Shown here: in pieces, positions 8,180 through 17,570 of the stretch | Numbering within the stretch: the stretch's first letter is position 1 | How the letters are laid out: each line of letters opens with the position of its first letter | Made by a program: the position numbers and the translations under genes | The notes under the pieces: model-generated | Seen by the model: only the letters and a program-made list of their open reading frames with translations | What the model was told of the DNA's origin: nothing | The model's database searches: none | Origin: Opitutales bacterium | GTDB lineage: Bacteria > Verrucomicrobiota > Verrucomicrobiia > Opitutales > UBA9783 | Direction of reading: 5' to 3' | DNA: 32,000 nucleotides | NCBI GenBank assembly: GCA_024407725.1 | Contig: JAKSVZ010000008.1 | Coordinates: 1-32,000, forward strand

Positions 8180-8911
8180 TTAATCCCCTTGCTCAATTAA
8201 AACCACGTACTCGCCTTTAAGCGATAGAGTGCTTTCATCCAAATCCTTTAACGTACCGTAATAACAGCTCTCATTGAGCTTCGTAAGCTCATGAGCAATC
8301 GCAATACGGGTATTGGGGTCAAAAAACTTCCGTAAGGTTGCAATAAGCTTTTGAATGCGATGCGGGGATTCATACAAAACAATCGTACCCCGAAACGCTT
8401 GATTTGCTTGAAACAACTTCGCTATCTTACCTTCTTTTGGCGGTAAAAAACCTAAAAACAAAAATGCGTTGGTAGGAAGCCCTGCCATACTTAAAGCCGC
8501 AATAGCTGCATTAGGGCCAGGAATCGGCACCACACGCACCCCTTGTTCCTGACAGGCCTTCATTAAACGATAGCCAGGATCACTAATGCTCGGAGTCCCA
8601 GCATCGCTTACCAACGCAACCGATTGCTGATTTTGTAGCTTCTGCAATAAATGCTGAGCACTTTGTATCTCTCCCGCATCCCGATAGGTAAACAACGGTT
8701 TTTTCGGTATATTGAGTAACGTTAACAGTTTTTGCGTCACTTGCGGAGTTTCACAAGCAATACAATCGCAGGAAGATAAAATATTAAACGCACGCCAACT
8801 TAAATCACTCAAATTACCAATAGGCGTTCCAACCACATACAACACACCCCGTTGTGCTGTATTTTTACCAACCCCTTGAGTGCCTTGAAAAGGTACGGCT
8901 CTATCATCCAT
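8180..8911 (-). CDS. rsmI: 16S rRNA (cytidine1402-2'-O)-methyltransferase RsmI (tetrapyrrole-methylase fold)
   Basis: 243 aa. Blocks GVLYVVGTPIGNLSDLSWRAFNILSSCDCIACE, ALVSDAGTPSISDPG and VVPIPGPNAAIAAL are the conserved RsmI blocks. Confidence 0.85.
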   Translation of the reverse strand: MDDRAVPFQGTQGVGKNTAQRGVLYVVGTPIGNLSDLSWRAFNILSSCDCIACETPQVTQKLLTLLNIPKKPLFTYRDAGEIQSAQHLLQKLQNQQSVALVSDAGTPSISDPGYRLMKACQEQGVRVVPIPGPNAAIAALSMAGLPTNAFLFLGFLPPKEGKIAKLFQANQAFRGTIVLYESPHRIQKLIATLRKFFDPNTRIAIAHELTKLNESCYYGTLKDLDESTLSLKGEYVVLIEQGD

Positions 8912-9950
8912 TACGTAGAACCTGCTTAATGGTCTGCAAGGTTTTAGAGTTGTTTAAATACAGATAGCGGATAGTAGCAGGTAATCGACGCAACCACGAA
9001 ACGGTAAACCAATTATAGAGCTTCAAAACTTTTCGGAAATAACTAGTATCAAGATAAAATAAAAATTCTACAAATTGATGTAAGGTTTTAGGGTCTTGCA
9101 TCCCGAACCAATCTAAGATCAGTTGCTTCTTTAAAGTTTCTGCTCGTTCTCCCGTTAACCCTATGCTTTCGATAACCGCTCCTATCTCGCGTTGGGTTTC
9201 GGCAATCTCATCGGTGGTTAAAAGTTGGGTTATACGGTTGTTGTTATCCTGATTACGCCATAGGGTACAATCCATTTGTTTGTATTTGTAAACGGAAGGT
9301 AAAACCTTGGTTTTACCTAAAGTACTTGGATATAAGGTCAAAAAACAATCCAACTTATACTCATGCGCTACCGATTCAGCATAAGCCGTTTGGCTTACCT
9401 GACGACGCATCACACTTGCCTCATTTTCATCATCACACCCTCGTAGACGTTCTTCAACGGAATCTAATTCATAATCGGACCAATAATACCTTGGCTTATA
9501 TAATGCATTAATTTTTCCGAAACACTGGTTATGGCGAGTAGTAAAAGGATGGATTTGACCCATACAAGCAATATATTCATGCTGCGAATCCTGATCTAAA
9601 AACGCTATGTATTGCAATAAGGCATCCATATCCAAGAAATCATCGTTATCGTAACGGATAACATACGGAGTGGTGATTTTAGCCAGTGTATCAGCCATCC
9701 GCTTAAAAAACTCTAGCAAACCAGCTCCTGCTGGATAACGATGATATTCGTAATTTACATGAGAGAACCGATGCTTATTGGCTTCGATAATTTCTAAATT
9801 TTTATCATCAAAACTTCCATCAGTAATATATACCTTAAAGGGGCAACGTACAGCCTCAAGATAGAGCAAATGCCTTAAGGTCATTTCATGACGCCCATAT
9901 AACGGCGTGATGATCGTTAATTTCTTCGCTAGTTCTATATCGTATGCCAT
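8904..9950 (-). CDS. putative GT-A-fold (family-2-like) glycosyltransferase with an uncharacterised C-terminal half
   Basis: The N-terminus LTIITPLYGRHEMTLRHLLYL...VYITDGS and a DxD-like YDNDDF block resemble GT2 N-terminal domains. Start chosen at the ATG at 9950; the ORF-track start at 9983 is a TTG. The stop overlaps the rsmI start by 8 bp. AT-rich. Confidence 0.5.
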   Translation of the reverse strand: MAYDIELAKKLTIITPLYGRHEMTLRHLLYLEAVRCPFKVYITDGSFDDKNLEIIEANKHRFSHVNYEYHRYPAGAGLLEFFKRMADTLAKITTPYVIRYDNDDFLDMDALLQYIAFLDQDSQHEYIACMGQIHPFTTRHNQCFGKINALYKPRYYWSDYELDSVEERLRGCDDENEASVMRRQVSQTAYAESVAHEYKLDCFLTLYPSTLGKTKVLPSVYKYKQMDCTLWRNQDNNNRITQLLTTDEIAETQREIGAVIESIGLTGERAETLKKQLILDWFGMQDPKTLHQFVEFLFYLDTSYFRKVLKLYNWFTVSWLRRLPATIRYLYLNNSKTLQTIKQVLRNG

Positions 9951-10047
9951 AAAATCAAAGACAATCAGGTGGTTTAAATACAATACCTTACGGTCATGCT
10001 TTCAATATAATCTTGCGCCCACGTATAAAAAATTTTTAAAAAAGAAC

Positions 10048-10998
10048 GTGTCAGCAGAAGTATCCATTGAACATTTAAGCAAGTTTTACGGAAAAAACAA
10101 TGCTCTGTACAATCTTAATTTTAAAATAAGCCCTAATGAAATTGTTGGGGTATTAGGTCCTAATGGCGCTGGGAAAAGCACTCTGTTTCGTATTTTATGT
10201 GGAATTATTCCTGCATCTGAAGGGAAAGTCTACATCAATCACCTACCGTTAACAACCCACAGGGATTCGTTAAAGTCCATTATTGGCTATATGCCGGAAC
10301 ATTACACCTTGCCGAATGCCATGCGAGTAGAAGAGTTTCTGCAAGCTCAAGCATGCTTAAAACAAGTCAAAAATGTAAAGAAAACGGTACAGGAGGTAAT
10401 GGAAATTTGTGATTTGCATCGGACAGCCACACAAAAATTAATTGGTACCCTATCGCACGGAACCAAACAGCGGGTAGGTATTGCAGATGCTATTTTAAAT
10501 GATCCGCAATTGGTGATTTTAGATGAGCCTTCGGTTGGGTTAGATCCTCAACAAGTTGAAAATTTCCGCCTTATCATCCAACGAATCAGTAGCCGTTCAA
10601 CCGTTATCATGGCGACGCATATTTTGCCGGAAATTGAATCGATTTGTAATCATTTGCTGATCGTGCATCAGGGGCAATTGATTGGAGATGGTACTTTCCC
10701 CTCTCTTTACGCAAAAGCGTTTCCCCATAAACGTTACCAACTAAAAATTGTGCACGCTATAGATGCGATAAAAAGCGTACTGAATGCTTCACCATTCGGT
10801 ATACAATGCGATTCAGTAGTTTTGCAAGAAGACGCAACAGAATGCACCTTTGAATACGCAAACGCCGACTCACATTTTGAATCTGACTTTGTAGCTTGGC
10901 TATTAACCAATGGGTACAAAGTACAGCAATTTTCTGAGGCTTCCCCAAGCCTCAATCATTTATTCTTTAAAATGACTCAATTTCCCTGGAAATCATGA
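10048..10998 (+). CDS. ABC transporter ATP-binding protein (GldA-like, ABC-2 subfamily)
   Basis: Contains Walker A GPNGAGKST, signature LSHGTKQRV, Walker B LVILDEPSVGLD and H-loop MATHIL. Start set to the in-frame GTG at 10048. The ORF-track start at 9907 would overlap the divergent glycosyltransferase gene and add 47 non-homologous residues. Confidence 0.85.
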   Translation: MSAEVSIEHLSKFYGKNNALYNLNFKISPNEIVGVLGPNGAGKSTLFRILCGIIPASEGKVYINHLPLTTHRDSLKSIIGYMPEHYTLPNAMRVEEFLQAQACLKQVKNVKKTVQEVMEICDLHRTATQKLIGTLSHGTKQRVGIADAILNDPQLVILDEPSVGLDPQQVENFRLIIQRISSRSTVIMATHILPEIESICNHLLIVHQGQLIGDGTFPSLYAKAFPHKRYQLKIVHAIDAIKSVLNASPFGIQCDSVVLQEDATECTFEYANADSHFESDFVAWLLTNGYKVQQFSEASPSLNHLFFKMTQFPWKS

Positions 10999-11729
10999 AA
11001 GCTTGTTGGATTTTATTTCTTCAAGAATGGCGCTTTCTCATACGGAAGCCCTATACTTATTTTATCATCGCTTTCTTCTTTTTATTAAGCGGATACAAGT
11101 TTATTTCAGGTTTATGGATAACTCAAACGCATGTAACCTCACTAGCTTATATGCCGATGAGTATTCAACATTTTTTGTATCTAACGGTATGGATTTTACC
11201 CTTATGGGCGGTATATCTATGGCACGGTTTCAACTCAACCAGCACCTTAGAACGCCTGTTTGCGACCAACATTAATGCATGTACGTTGATCTGCGGCAAA
11301 TTTCTCTGTCTTTACAGTATTTATACGCTCCTGTGGATTGTATATATAGGTATTACCCTACTGTTTAAATATATCTTTTTAAGCACTTTGGAAATACCAC
11401 GGATTGCCATCTTCGGATCTTTATTATTCATCTGTTTCAACAACTTCCTGTGGGTTGCCATCATAACCTTCATCAACACCCTCTGCAACAAAATCAGCAC
11501 AGCATTATTAACGAGCATTGGGTGTTTGTGGATCGCATTATTAGGGATTAAGTTCATGGGTGTTTTTCACTTTTTACCCTTTAAAGGAGAATTGTATTTC
11601 AATTTCAATCCCATCATCCTCAATGTTTGCAATGGGTTTATCGATTTACCTCCTATTCTGTTCTATACGCTCGTTGGGAGCATTATTTTAATTCTAAGCA
11701 TTGTAACCATCAATCGTAAGGTCTCATGA
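10995..11729 (+). CDS. ABC-2-type transporter permease (GldF-like)
   Basis: 244 aa, very hydrophobic, with about 6 predicted TM segments. An ATGA overlap with the ATPase stop (10995-10998) indicates translational coupling. Confidence 0.6.
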   Translation: MKACWILFLQEWRFLIRKPYTYFIIAFFFLLSGYKFISGLWITQTHVTSLAYMPMSIQHFLYLTVWILPLWAVYLWHGFNSTSTLERLFATNINACTLICGKFLCLYSIYTLLWIVYIGITLLFKYIFLSTLEIPRIAIFGSLLFICFNNFLWVAIITFINTLCNKISTALLTSIGCLWIALLGIKFMGVFHFLPFKGELYFNFNPIILNVCNGFIDLPPILFYTLVGSIILILSIVTINRKVS

Positions 11730-13072
11730 AGCACGATTTAGATGATTTTAAAGTATTTAATCGGCAACGACGCATCCATACCCTAGCGCAAGTTGCATTA
11801 CTTCTATTGTTAATTGTTGGGTGCTTAACCTTAATTCCCCACACTCAACAGGTTCACATTCGCTTCAACGTACAACAGCCATTAAGCCAAAAAACAAACA
11901 CAGTTTTACATAACCTTCACGAACCCGTTGAGCTTTACTTATTTACCGATCTGACCCAACCAACCGAAGCGTTTCGGGTCGCATTTCGTGCATTTGCAGC
12001 CCAATTAAAATCGGTTCTTAAAGAGCAGCTGTCTTGTAAAGTGTTGCACACACTATGGGATAAACAAATCATCCGCCAGTTAAACGAACAATATCATTGC
12101 GCTACGGAAGCTGGAATCCTATTGATTATGCACCAACGAGCGCAATTCTTACCAATCAATACATTTTACAAGCAAGGCTACCTTTTACCCCTAGCTCCTG
12201 TCATTCTTAACAGCATACAGACATTATTGACCCCCAAGCAAAAAGCGCTGTGGCTCGTAGGACACCAAGAAATCGATGGGCAATCGACGCATCCGTTAAC
12301 CGGAGGATCCCTTGCTTATCAATTGCTGAAGCAAATGAATTACGAAATTCAGTTTGCAAGCACCTGCGAGACCGGCATCCCCAACACCATCGATTTATTG
12401 CTCATTTTTGGTCCTCAACAAGCCCTATTACCTAACGAAATCACGGCCATTCAGCAATTTATTCAACGGCAAAAAAGTGTATGCATCTGCCTATCACCTG
12501 CGAATACCCTACAGGATTTATTAGCCATGTTCCATATCCGCTGCGAATCGTCTTTGTTAAACGAACAGCAAGTCGTTTTAGGGGCACATGAATTCGTCCG
12601 TCATCCCTTAACCCAACCGCTCATTGATGCTAAAAGTCGATTGTTATTTGGCACCACCCTACCGCTAAGCCCAACTGATGAGCGCCCACAACTACAGGCT
12701 TTGGTTTATCGACCGAACACGAACAAGCAATTGCCGAACGGTCAAACGCAGCCGCTTCAACGCACTGTCATCGGTTATGGGTCGAATGAGGTAAGCTCCG
12801 CGGTAGCTCGCCAAGGGAAAGTAATTGTGCTCGGTTGTGCTGATTGGCTTAGCAACCAATACATCAATTATTTAAGCAATGCTTTGTTTTTACAGCGCAT
12901 TGGGCACTATTTTAGCAATACTCCACCGCTATCGATTCCAGAAGAACGCTCAAATGAAGTCAGTATTTCCCTCAATCCACAATTATTTCCTTATTACACC
13001 CTCTATTATCTCATAGCACCTTTAATAGCTTGCCTATTAGGGTTAACGATTTTCATAGTTAGGAAGCGATAA
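11726..13072 (+). CDS. GldG-like ABC-transporter auxiliary protein (bitopic, large periplasmic domain)
   Basis: 448 aa. TM helices sit at both ends (LAQVALLLLLIVGCLTLI; LIAPLIACLLGLTIFIV). The N-terminal block FNVQQPLSQKTNTVLHNLHEPVELYLFT resembles the GldG motif (d.T....ysLS..T...L..L..pV.i..f). There is an ATGA overlap with the permease stop. Confidence 0.55.
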   Translation: MKHDLDDFKVFNRQRRIHTLAQVALLLLLIVGCLTLIPHTQQVHIRFNVQQPLSQKTNTVLHNLHEPVELYLFTDLTQPTEAFRVAFRAFAAQLKSVLKEQLSCKVLHTLWDKQIIRQLNEQYHCATEAGILLIMHQRAQFLPINTFYKQGYLLPLAPVILNSIQTLLTPKQKALWLVGHQEIDGQSTHPLTGGSLAYQLLKQMNYEIQFASTCETGIPNTIDLLLIFGPQQALLPNEITAIQQFIQRQKSVCICLSPANTLQDLLAMFHIRCESSLLNEQQVVLGAHEFVRHPLTQPLIDAKSRLLFGTTLPLSPTDERPQLQALVYRPNTNKQLPNGQTQPLQRTVIGYGSNEVSSAVARQGKVIVLGCADWLSNQYINYLSNALFLQRIGHYFSNTPPLSIPEERSNEVSISLNPQLFPYYTLYYLIAPLIACLLGLTIFIVRKR

Positions 13073-13073
13073 A

Positions 13074-14759
13074 ATGCATTTTGGACTTACCTACTTTTTA
13101 GTGTTTTTAAACAGCTTATGGATCGCAGTTGTACTGTATTTCCATTGGCATACGGAAACGACCGTTGCCGAAACGCACACAAAAGCATTTTTATTCAATG
13201 TGCACACTATTGAATTAACTAGCGCCGAGCAAGGGTCGAAAATTGTACTGCACAAAAGCCATTCTGGATGGCAATTAACACAGCCCTTTGCACACGAAGC
13301 AAACACGTTAACCGTCGATTTACTGCTGAAAAAGCTCCTAACAGAAGTTAAACCGCAACAAGAAAACATTAAGCTGACGGTAGACCAAAAAATGCGTTAC
13401 GGCCTTGAATTTCCATCGTACACGATTCAATGCGCTGACGATCAACAAACGTATACCCTTCAAATTGGAAACGATAACGGAAACGACCAACCGATTTACG
13501 CTAACGAATGGAATCGCTTAGCTTCCGTCCCCCAATCCTTAATAACCCTTCTTAAGGGGTCCCTAAAACAGTGGTGTACTCTCTTTTTAATTCCCCTATC
13601 GGATGTTACTTATCTCCAGCTGGTCACACCGCAACACACGCTGGTACTCAACAAGCAAAACCAACAATGGAGTTCATCAACCTGTAACACCCCGATCGAT
13701 TCCCTAGCCATACAAAAGCTATGCCAATCCATCCTTGAATTGGAATTTGAGCGCTTTTTAACCACCAGCGAAATTCAAACCTATAACCCTGATTTTATCG
13801 AAAAATCCCGTTTATATACCCTTTCGATTTCAGATGGAGCCACAACCTTCAAATTACAGTTGCTGCCCATTCAAGGCACAACCGATCAGTATATTGTAAA
13901 GCTATCGGATAACACACCGTTAAAGTGGATACAAACCCCGTACATTGATGAATTGCTGCATGTGCAAGATCGGTATTTAGAACGTGCTTTTTGGCATACC
14001 GACCTATCAGATATCAAGTCTTTCTCCTGCACGTATCAAAATCGTACGCTTAAGGTAACTTCTATCAACGGTCAACAGTACGAAGCAGCGCTATATGACC
14101 AACAAAATCATTTGGTCGTTACTCAGGAATTAAGCGCTACGGTCATTCAACCATTTTTCACAGAACTCAATACCGCTACGGTTGAACGCTATCTAACGGA
14201 AAAACAAAGTTTTAGCGATAGCAAATGCATAGCGTTAACCCTAAATCTCAAGGATCGCACAAAGCAAGCAATCACGTTTTGGGTAACGCCGAAGCAGGAG
14301 GTATACGCTCAACGTGCAAAGGATTCCTATAACTGTGTCTTAAACGGAATAGACCCCACTAAATTATTAACCTTATTTACCTTAATAGACACAAACAAGT
14401 CGGTATGGACATGGGATTCCCAAGAACAGATTGTCAGCATCAACCTTTCATCGACCCTGCATCCTGAATTACAAACCGTTGATTGGGCCGATACCCCTCA
14501 GTCCTTTTTCACGACCCTACCTGCTGATCATTGGGTAGAAGCCTCTTCTACTCAGCTTTTCTTAAACAACTTGGTAATTTACACCCTGATTATTACCACA
14601 CAAAATCCCCAAGGAATCACGAAAACGTACGAACTGCAGTTTATGGATCCCGGTTCAAAAGATGAACCACTCATGGGGCACTATTTGAACAAGAACTTTG
14701 TATTTAACAAAGAGTGGCAGCGTTTCTTATCGAAGATTGTCCAAAAATCTAAGCAATAA
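13074..14759 (+). CDS. DUF4340-like membrane-anchored protein
   Basis: 561 aa with an N-terminal TM helix (LTYFLVFLNSLWIAVVLYF). The block HKSHSGWQLTQPFAHEANTLTVDLLLKKLLTEV resembles the DUF4340 signature (W.l..P....ad...v..ll..l..l). The start is 1 nt after the GldG-like stop, and the position after GldG is the usual one for this family. Confidence 0.45.
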   Translation: MHFGLTYFLVFLNSLWIAVVLYFHWHTETTVAETHTKAFLFNVHTIELTSAEQGSKIVLHKSHSGWQLTQPFAHEANTLTVDLLLKKLLTEVKPQQENIKLTVDQKMRYGLEFPSYTIQCADDQQTYTLQIGNDNGNDQPIYANEWNRLASVPQSLITLLKGSLKQWCTLFLIPLSDVTYLQLVTPQHTLVLNKQNQQWSSSTCNTPIDSLAIQKLCQSILELEFERFLTTSEIQTYNPDFIEKSRLYTLSISDGATTFKLQLLPIQGTTDQYIVKLSDNTPLKWIQTPYIDELLHVQDRYLERAFWHTDLSDIKSFSCTYQNRTLKVTSINGQQYEAALYDQQNHLVVTQELSATVIQPFFTELNTATVERYLTEKQSFSDSKCIALTLNLKDRTKQAITFWVTPKQEVYAQRAKDSYNCVLNGIDPTKLLTLFTLIDTNKSVWTWDSQEQIVSINLSSTLHPELQTVDWADTPQSFFTTLPADHWVEASSTQLFLNNLVIYTLIITTQNPQGITKTYELQFMDPGSKDEPLMGHYLNKNFVFNKEWQRFLSKIVQKSKQ

Positions 14760-14764
14760 GCGCT

Positions 14765-17212
14765 ATGAAACGATTTAAGGGCGTTCAAATCCTACTGTTG
14801 ATCATAGGAATAGGCTATTTGGGTATATTAACCCATTCCTCTAATCCGATTGTCGTTACCCCTATCGTACAACGCGGAGCCCATTTACTGGGAATTAAGC
14901 TCAAAACAGCCAAAGTTACCCTCGTTAATGGTCGATTGCACCTCACAAATCTCATTCTAAAAACCAAAGCTGGCATCTTAACTTGTTCCAATCTGGAACT
15001 ATCGTTCCAATTACCCCTAACGTTAACGTTGGCTATTCAAAACGGAACTTTCCAAAACGAACAGGGGATTTATTCCAACATTTACGCATGCGTTCAAAAG
15101 AAGTTTAAAAGTTATCGCGGATCGCTAATAGCAACTCACCCTACTTATGGGGATATTTGCTTACACAGCGACCCCTTTATCCCTATCAACCAACTGCTTA
15201 AACAATCGACCGCAGAGGGTTTCGCTCCAGTTACGGTTCGCGATTTGTACGTTCATTGCTTCAAAACCCAAGCGTTTTATCACCTATCGCGCTTAACCCT
15301 TGGTACGGTAACCTGCGAAGAAATTTCAGGGAATACCCATTTCAGCAAACCTAAAGCAGCCTGTACCAACCTGCACATTCAATCGCTACAAACCCCCTAT
15401 GGCTCTGGAACGCAGCTGCATTTTAGAGGAATCCATACCCTATCGTTGAACCCCACTACGCGCTCTATCCATGGACACGGTTGTTTAACGCTTGGCGACC
15501 AACCAACCGACGCCTATCTATACCTACCCTCCTATTCGCTCAAAAAGCCCCTGCAAATATACGCGTACCTTACCCATAACACTTCTTGGCTCAAAGGAAG
15601 CATACAGTATACGATCCCCAAACACCATTGGGCCATTAACGAAGTACGCATGTCCATCGAACCGGAGTATGGTCAGGCAATTTTAAAGGCTACCGATAAG
15701 GTTCCCATGCAGCCAAAAATCACAGGGGTAACCCATGGGGTTGTTAAAGGAATCCCAAATCATGGCGCGCTCAATTTAGTCAGTGGCCCATTAGAGCTGA
15801 ATTGCGACCGTGGCAATCCCATCGTGTTATCCACTATTCACGCTCACCTCAATCATACAACCCGAGCGAACAGCGAAACCCAACAACACTTATCCATCGC
15901 TTTTACAGGCCCACAGATTGATTTCAACGTCAATGGAACGTGTCACAATTGGAACCAACAAGGACATATCGTGTGCCAAGGTCATAGCCCCCTTGCCGTA
16001 ACAGGCCTTATCGAAGCTTACTTGCCCGCATGGTGGGGGCCATTTTTCCGCCCCTTTACCTTTCCAAAGTCCGCTCCTTACATCGATCTGGCTATCAAAT
16101 GGCATCCCAATAACCCCGCGTTACAGGTCTATGGATATATCACCGGCGACGATTTTATCTACCAAGATGAATTGATTAAGCACCTAGGTATTACCTTTTC
16201 ATCACGGATGGAGCAATGCATCTTAGCGATTCACTCCCTAGCGACCCATCAAGGAGCAGGAACATGCAAAATTATTTGGGATTACGACCCCCTATTGGAT
16301 GCTAAGGATATATGGACCTTTAGTGGCCGAGGAACGCTGGGCGCAAAAACTTGGCACACGATTTTAGAGGATTTGGTGCAGATAAACACAGGGGGGATTC
16401 TTAAGGACTGCCAACCAAAAGACGTTATTCATGCACAATTTCGAGGACGAGTATCCTACGTACCCGCCGAAACAGATTTTACGCACATAGCCATTCAATC
16501 GCCAAAGTTAACCTTCCAAGGGTTACTGATGGATGCGCTTAATGGCACGATGGATTGGCAGCCAAGCAAAACTCAAATCAAACAGCTTGAATGCCTTTTG
16601 TTCGGAACCGATCCCGTAACAGCAACCATTGGCTGGGATGAGCATCGTTTTGCCATAAAACTAAGCGGAAAACATATCCACACAGAACCTTTATTACGCC
16701 ATAGTATTTTCCAAGATTGGGTCAAAGACGTTCCTGAAAACAACCGTTATACCTACTATGGCCTTTTGAACACTACTATAAGCGCACGCGGGCAATGGAA
16801 TCCAGTTCCTCAATTAACCGGCGAAGGAAGCATTGATTTCCGTAATCCCAATTTGTACCGCATCCACTTATTAGGACCGATCTATAAATTATTATTTTTC
16901 GATCCGCTTAAATCGAGCGCCACTCTTCAATTCAACCGCTTAATAGGTGATTTTTCGTTCACAGAAACAAAACTTAGTTCGAATAAACTAAGGTTCGTAG
17001 GCACTTCGTCGCAATTAATTGCCAAGGGAACAATCGATATTTACAACAAGCAGATTAATGCTAGCGCCAACCTAATGTTCCCGCCATCCAAAGAGATATT
17101 TAGCTTAAATACCCTTAAGTTTTTATTGAATCCTTTAACGCATAGTTTCACCATCAAGGTGGTAGGACCCTTTAAAAGCCCAGATTATGATCTGGAATTT
17201 CTATCTAAATAG
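14765..17212 (+). CDS. large (815 aa) N-terminally anchored envelope protein, possibly AsmA/TamB/YhdP-like
   Basis: The ORF itself is solid: it is long, uninterrupted, and starts 5 nt after the preceding gene. It has an N-terminal TM helix (VQILLLIIGIGYLGIL). Alternating beta-like segments follow (KVTLVNGRLHLTNLILKT...LELSFQLPLTLTLAIQNGTF), and the C-terminal tail VVGPFKSPDYDLEF is reminiscent of AsmA-like proteins. The family assignment is pattern-based and weak. Confidence 0.4.
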   Translation: MKRFKGVQILLLIIGIGYLGILTHSSNPIVVTPIVQRGAHLLGIKLKTAKVTLVNGRLHLTNLILKTKAGILTCSNLELSFQLPLTLTLAIQNGTFQNEQGIYSNIYACVQKKFKSYRGSLIATHPTYGDICLHSDPFIPINQLLKQSTAEGFAPVTVRDLYVHCFKTQAFYHLSRLTLGTVTCEEISGNTHFSKPKAACTNLHIQSLQTPYGSGTQLHFRGIHTLSLNPTTRSIHGHGCLTLGDQPTDAYLYLPSYSLKKPLQIYAYLTHNTSWLKGSIQYTIPKHHWAINEVRMSIEPEYGQAILKATDKVPMQPKITGVTHGVVKGIPNHGALNLVSGPLELNCDRGNPIVLSTIHAHLNHTTRANSETQQHLSIAFTGPQIDFNVNGTCHNWNQQGHIVCQGHSPLAVTGLIEAYLPAWWGPFFRPFTFPKSAPYIDLAIKWHPNNPALQVYGYITGDDFIYQDELIKHLGITFSSRMEQCILAIHSLATHQGAGTCKIIWDYDPLLDAKDIWTFSGRGTLGAKTWHTILEDLVQINTGGILKDCQPKDVIHAQFRGRVSYVPAETDFTHIAIQSPKLTFQGLLMDALNGTMDWQPSKTQIKQLECLLFGTDPVTATIGWDEHRFAIKLSGKHIHTEPLLRHSIFQDWVKDVPENNRYTYYGLLNTTISARGQWNPVPQLTGEGSIDFRNPNLYRIHLLGPIYKLLFFDPLKSSATLQFNRLIGDFSFTETKLSSNKLRFVGTSSQLIAKGTIDIYNKQINASANLMFPPSKEIFSLNTLKFLLNPLTHSFTIKVVGPFKSPDYDLEFLSK

Positions 17213-17303
17213 CTGCAAGCATTTAGAGTCTTCCCTTTGATCAACAAAAGTTTTATTTCCTCTTTACATCCACAAAAAACTGTTTTAAGTTAATGAGAAA
17301 ATT

Positions 17304-17498
17304 ATGTTAAAAACCAAAAAATCGATCGCTAAAAAATTTAAAGTTACTGGGACCGGTAAGGTTTTATTACGTAAGCCTGGGTTTCGGCATTTCTTGAGCC
17401 ACAAAACACCTTCTCGGTCGCGCAGAGCCAGCAAAGATATTCAGTTGGGCAATGCACGGCAAGCTAACGTGGTAAGAAAAGCCATGGCTCTGTTATAA
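17304..17498 (+). CDS. rpmI: 50S ribosomal protein L35
   Basis: 64-aa basic ORF: MLKTKKSIAKKFKVTGTGKVLLRKPGFRHFLSHKT. Matches the L35 pattern (K.k....aKRFk.T..GK......g..H.l..K). Immediately upstream of rplT. Confidence 0.9.
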   Translation: MLKTKKSIAKKFKVTGTGKVLLRKPGFRHFLSHKTPSRSRRASKDIQLGNARQANVVRKAMALL

Positions 17499-17570
17499 AA
17501 AATTTTTTTAAAACAATTCGACATAGGGTGTTTACGACGACCTTATGTTGGTTAAAACAAGAGGAATGAT

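Noticed and set aside
9907-10047. A 47-codon N-terminal extension of the ABC ATPase ORF as listed in the ORF track.
   Set aside because: The extension overlaps the divergent glycosyltransferase gene on the other strand and has no similarity to ABC ATPase N-termini. The in-frame GTG at 10048 places the start about 33 residues before the Walker A motif, as is usual.
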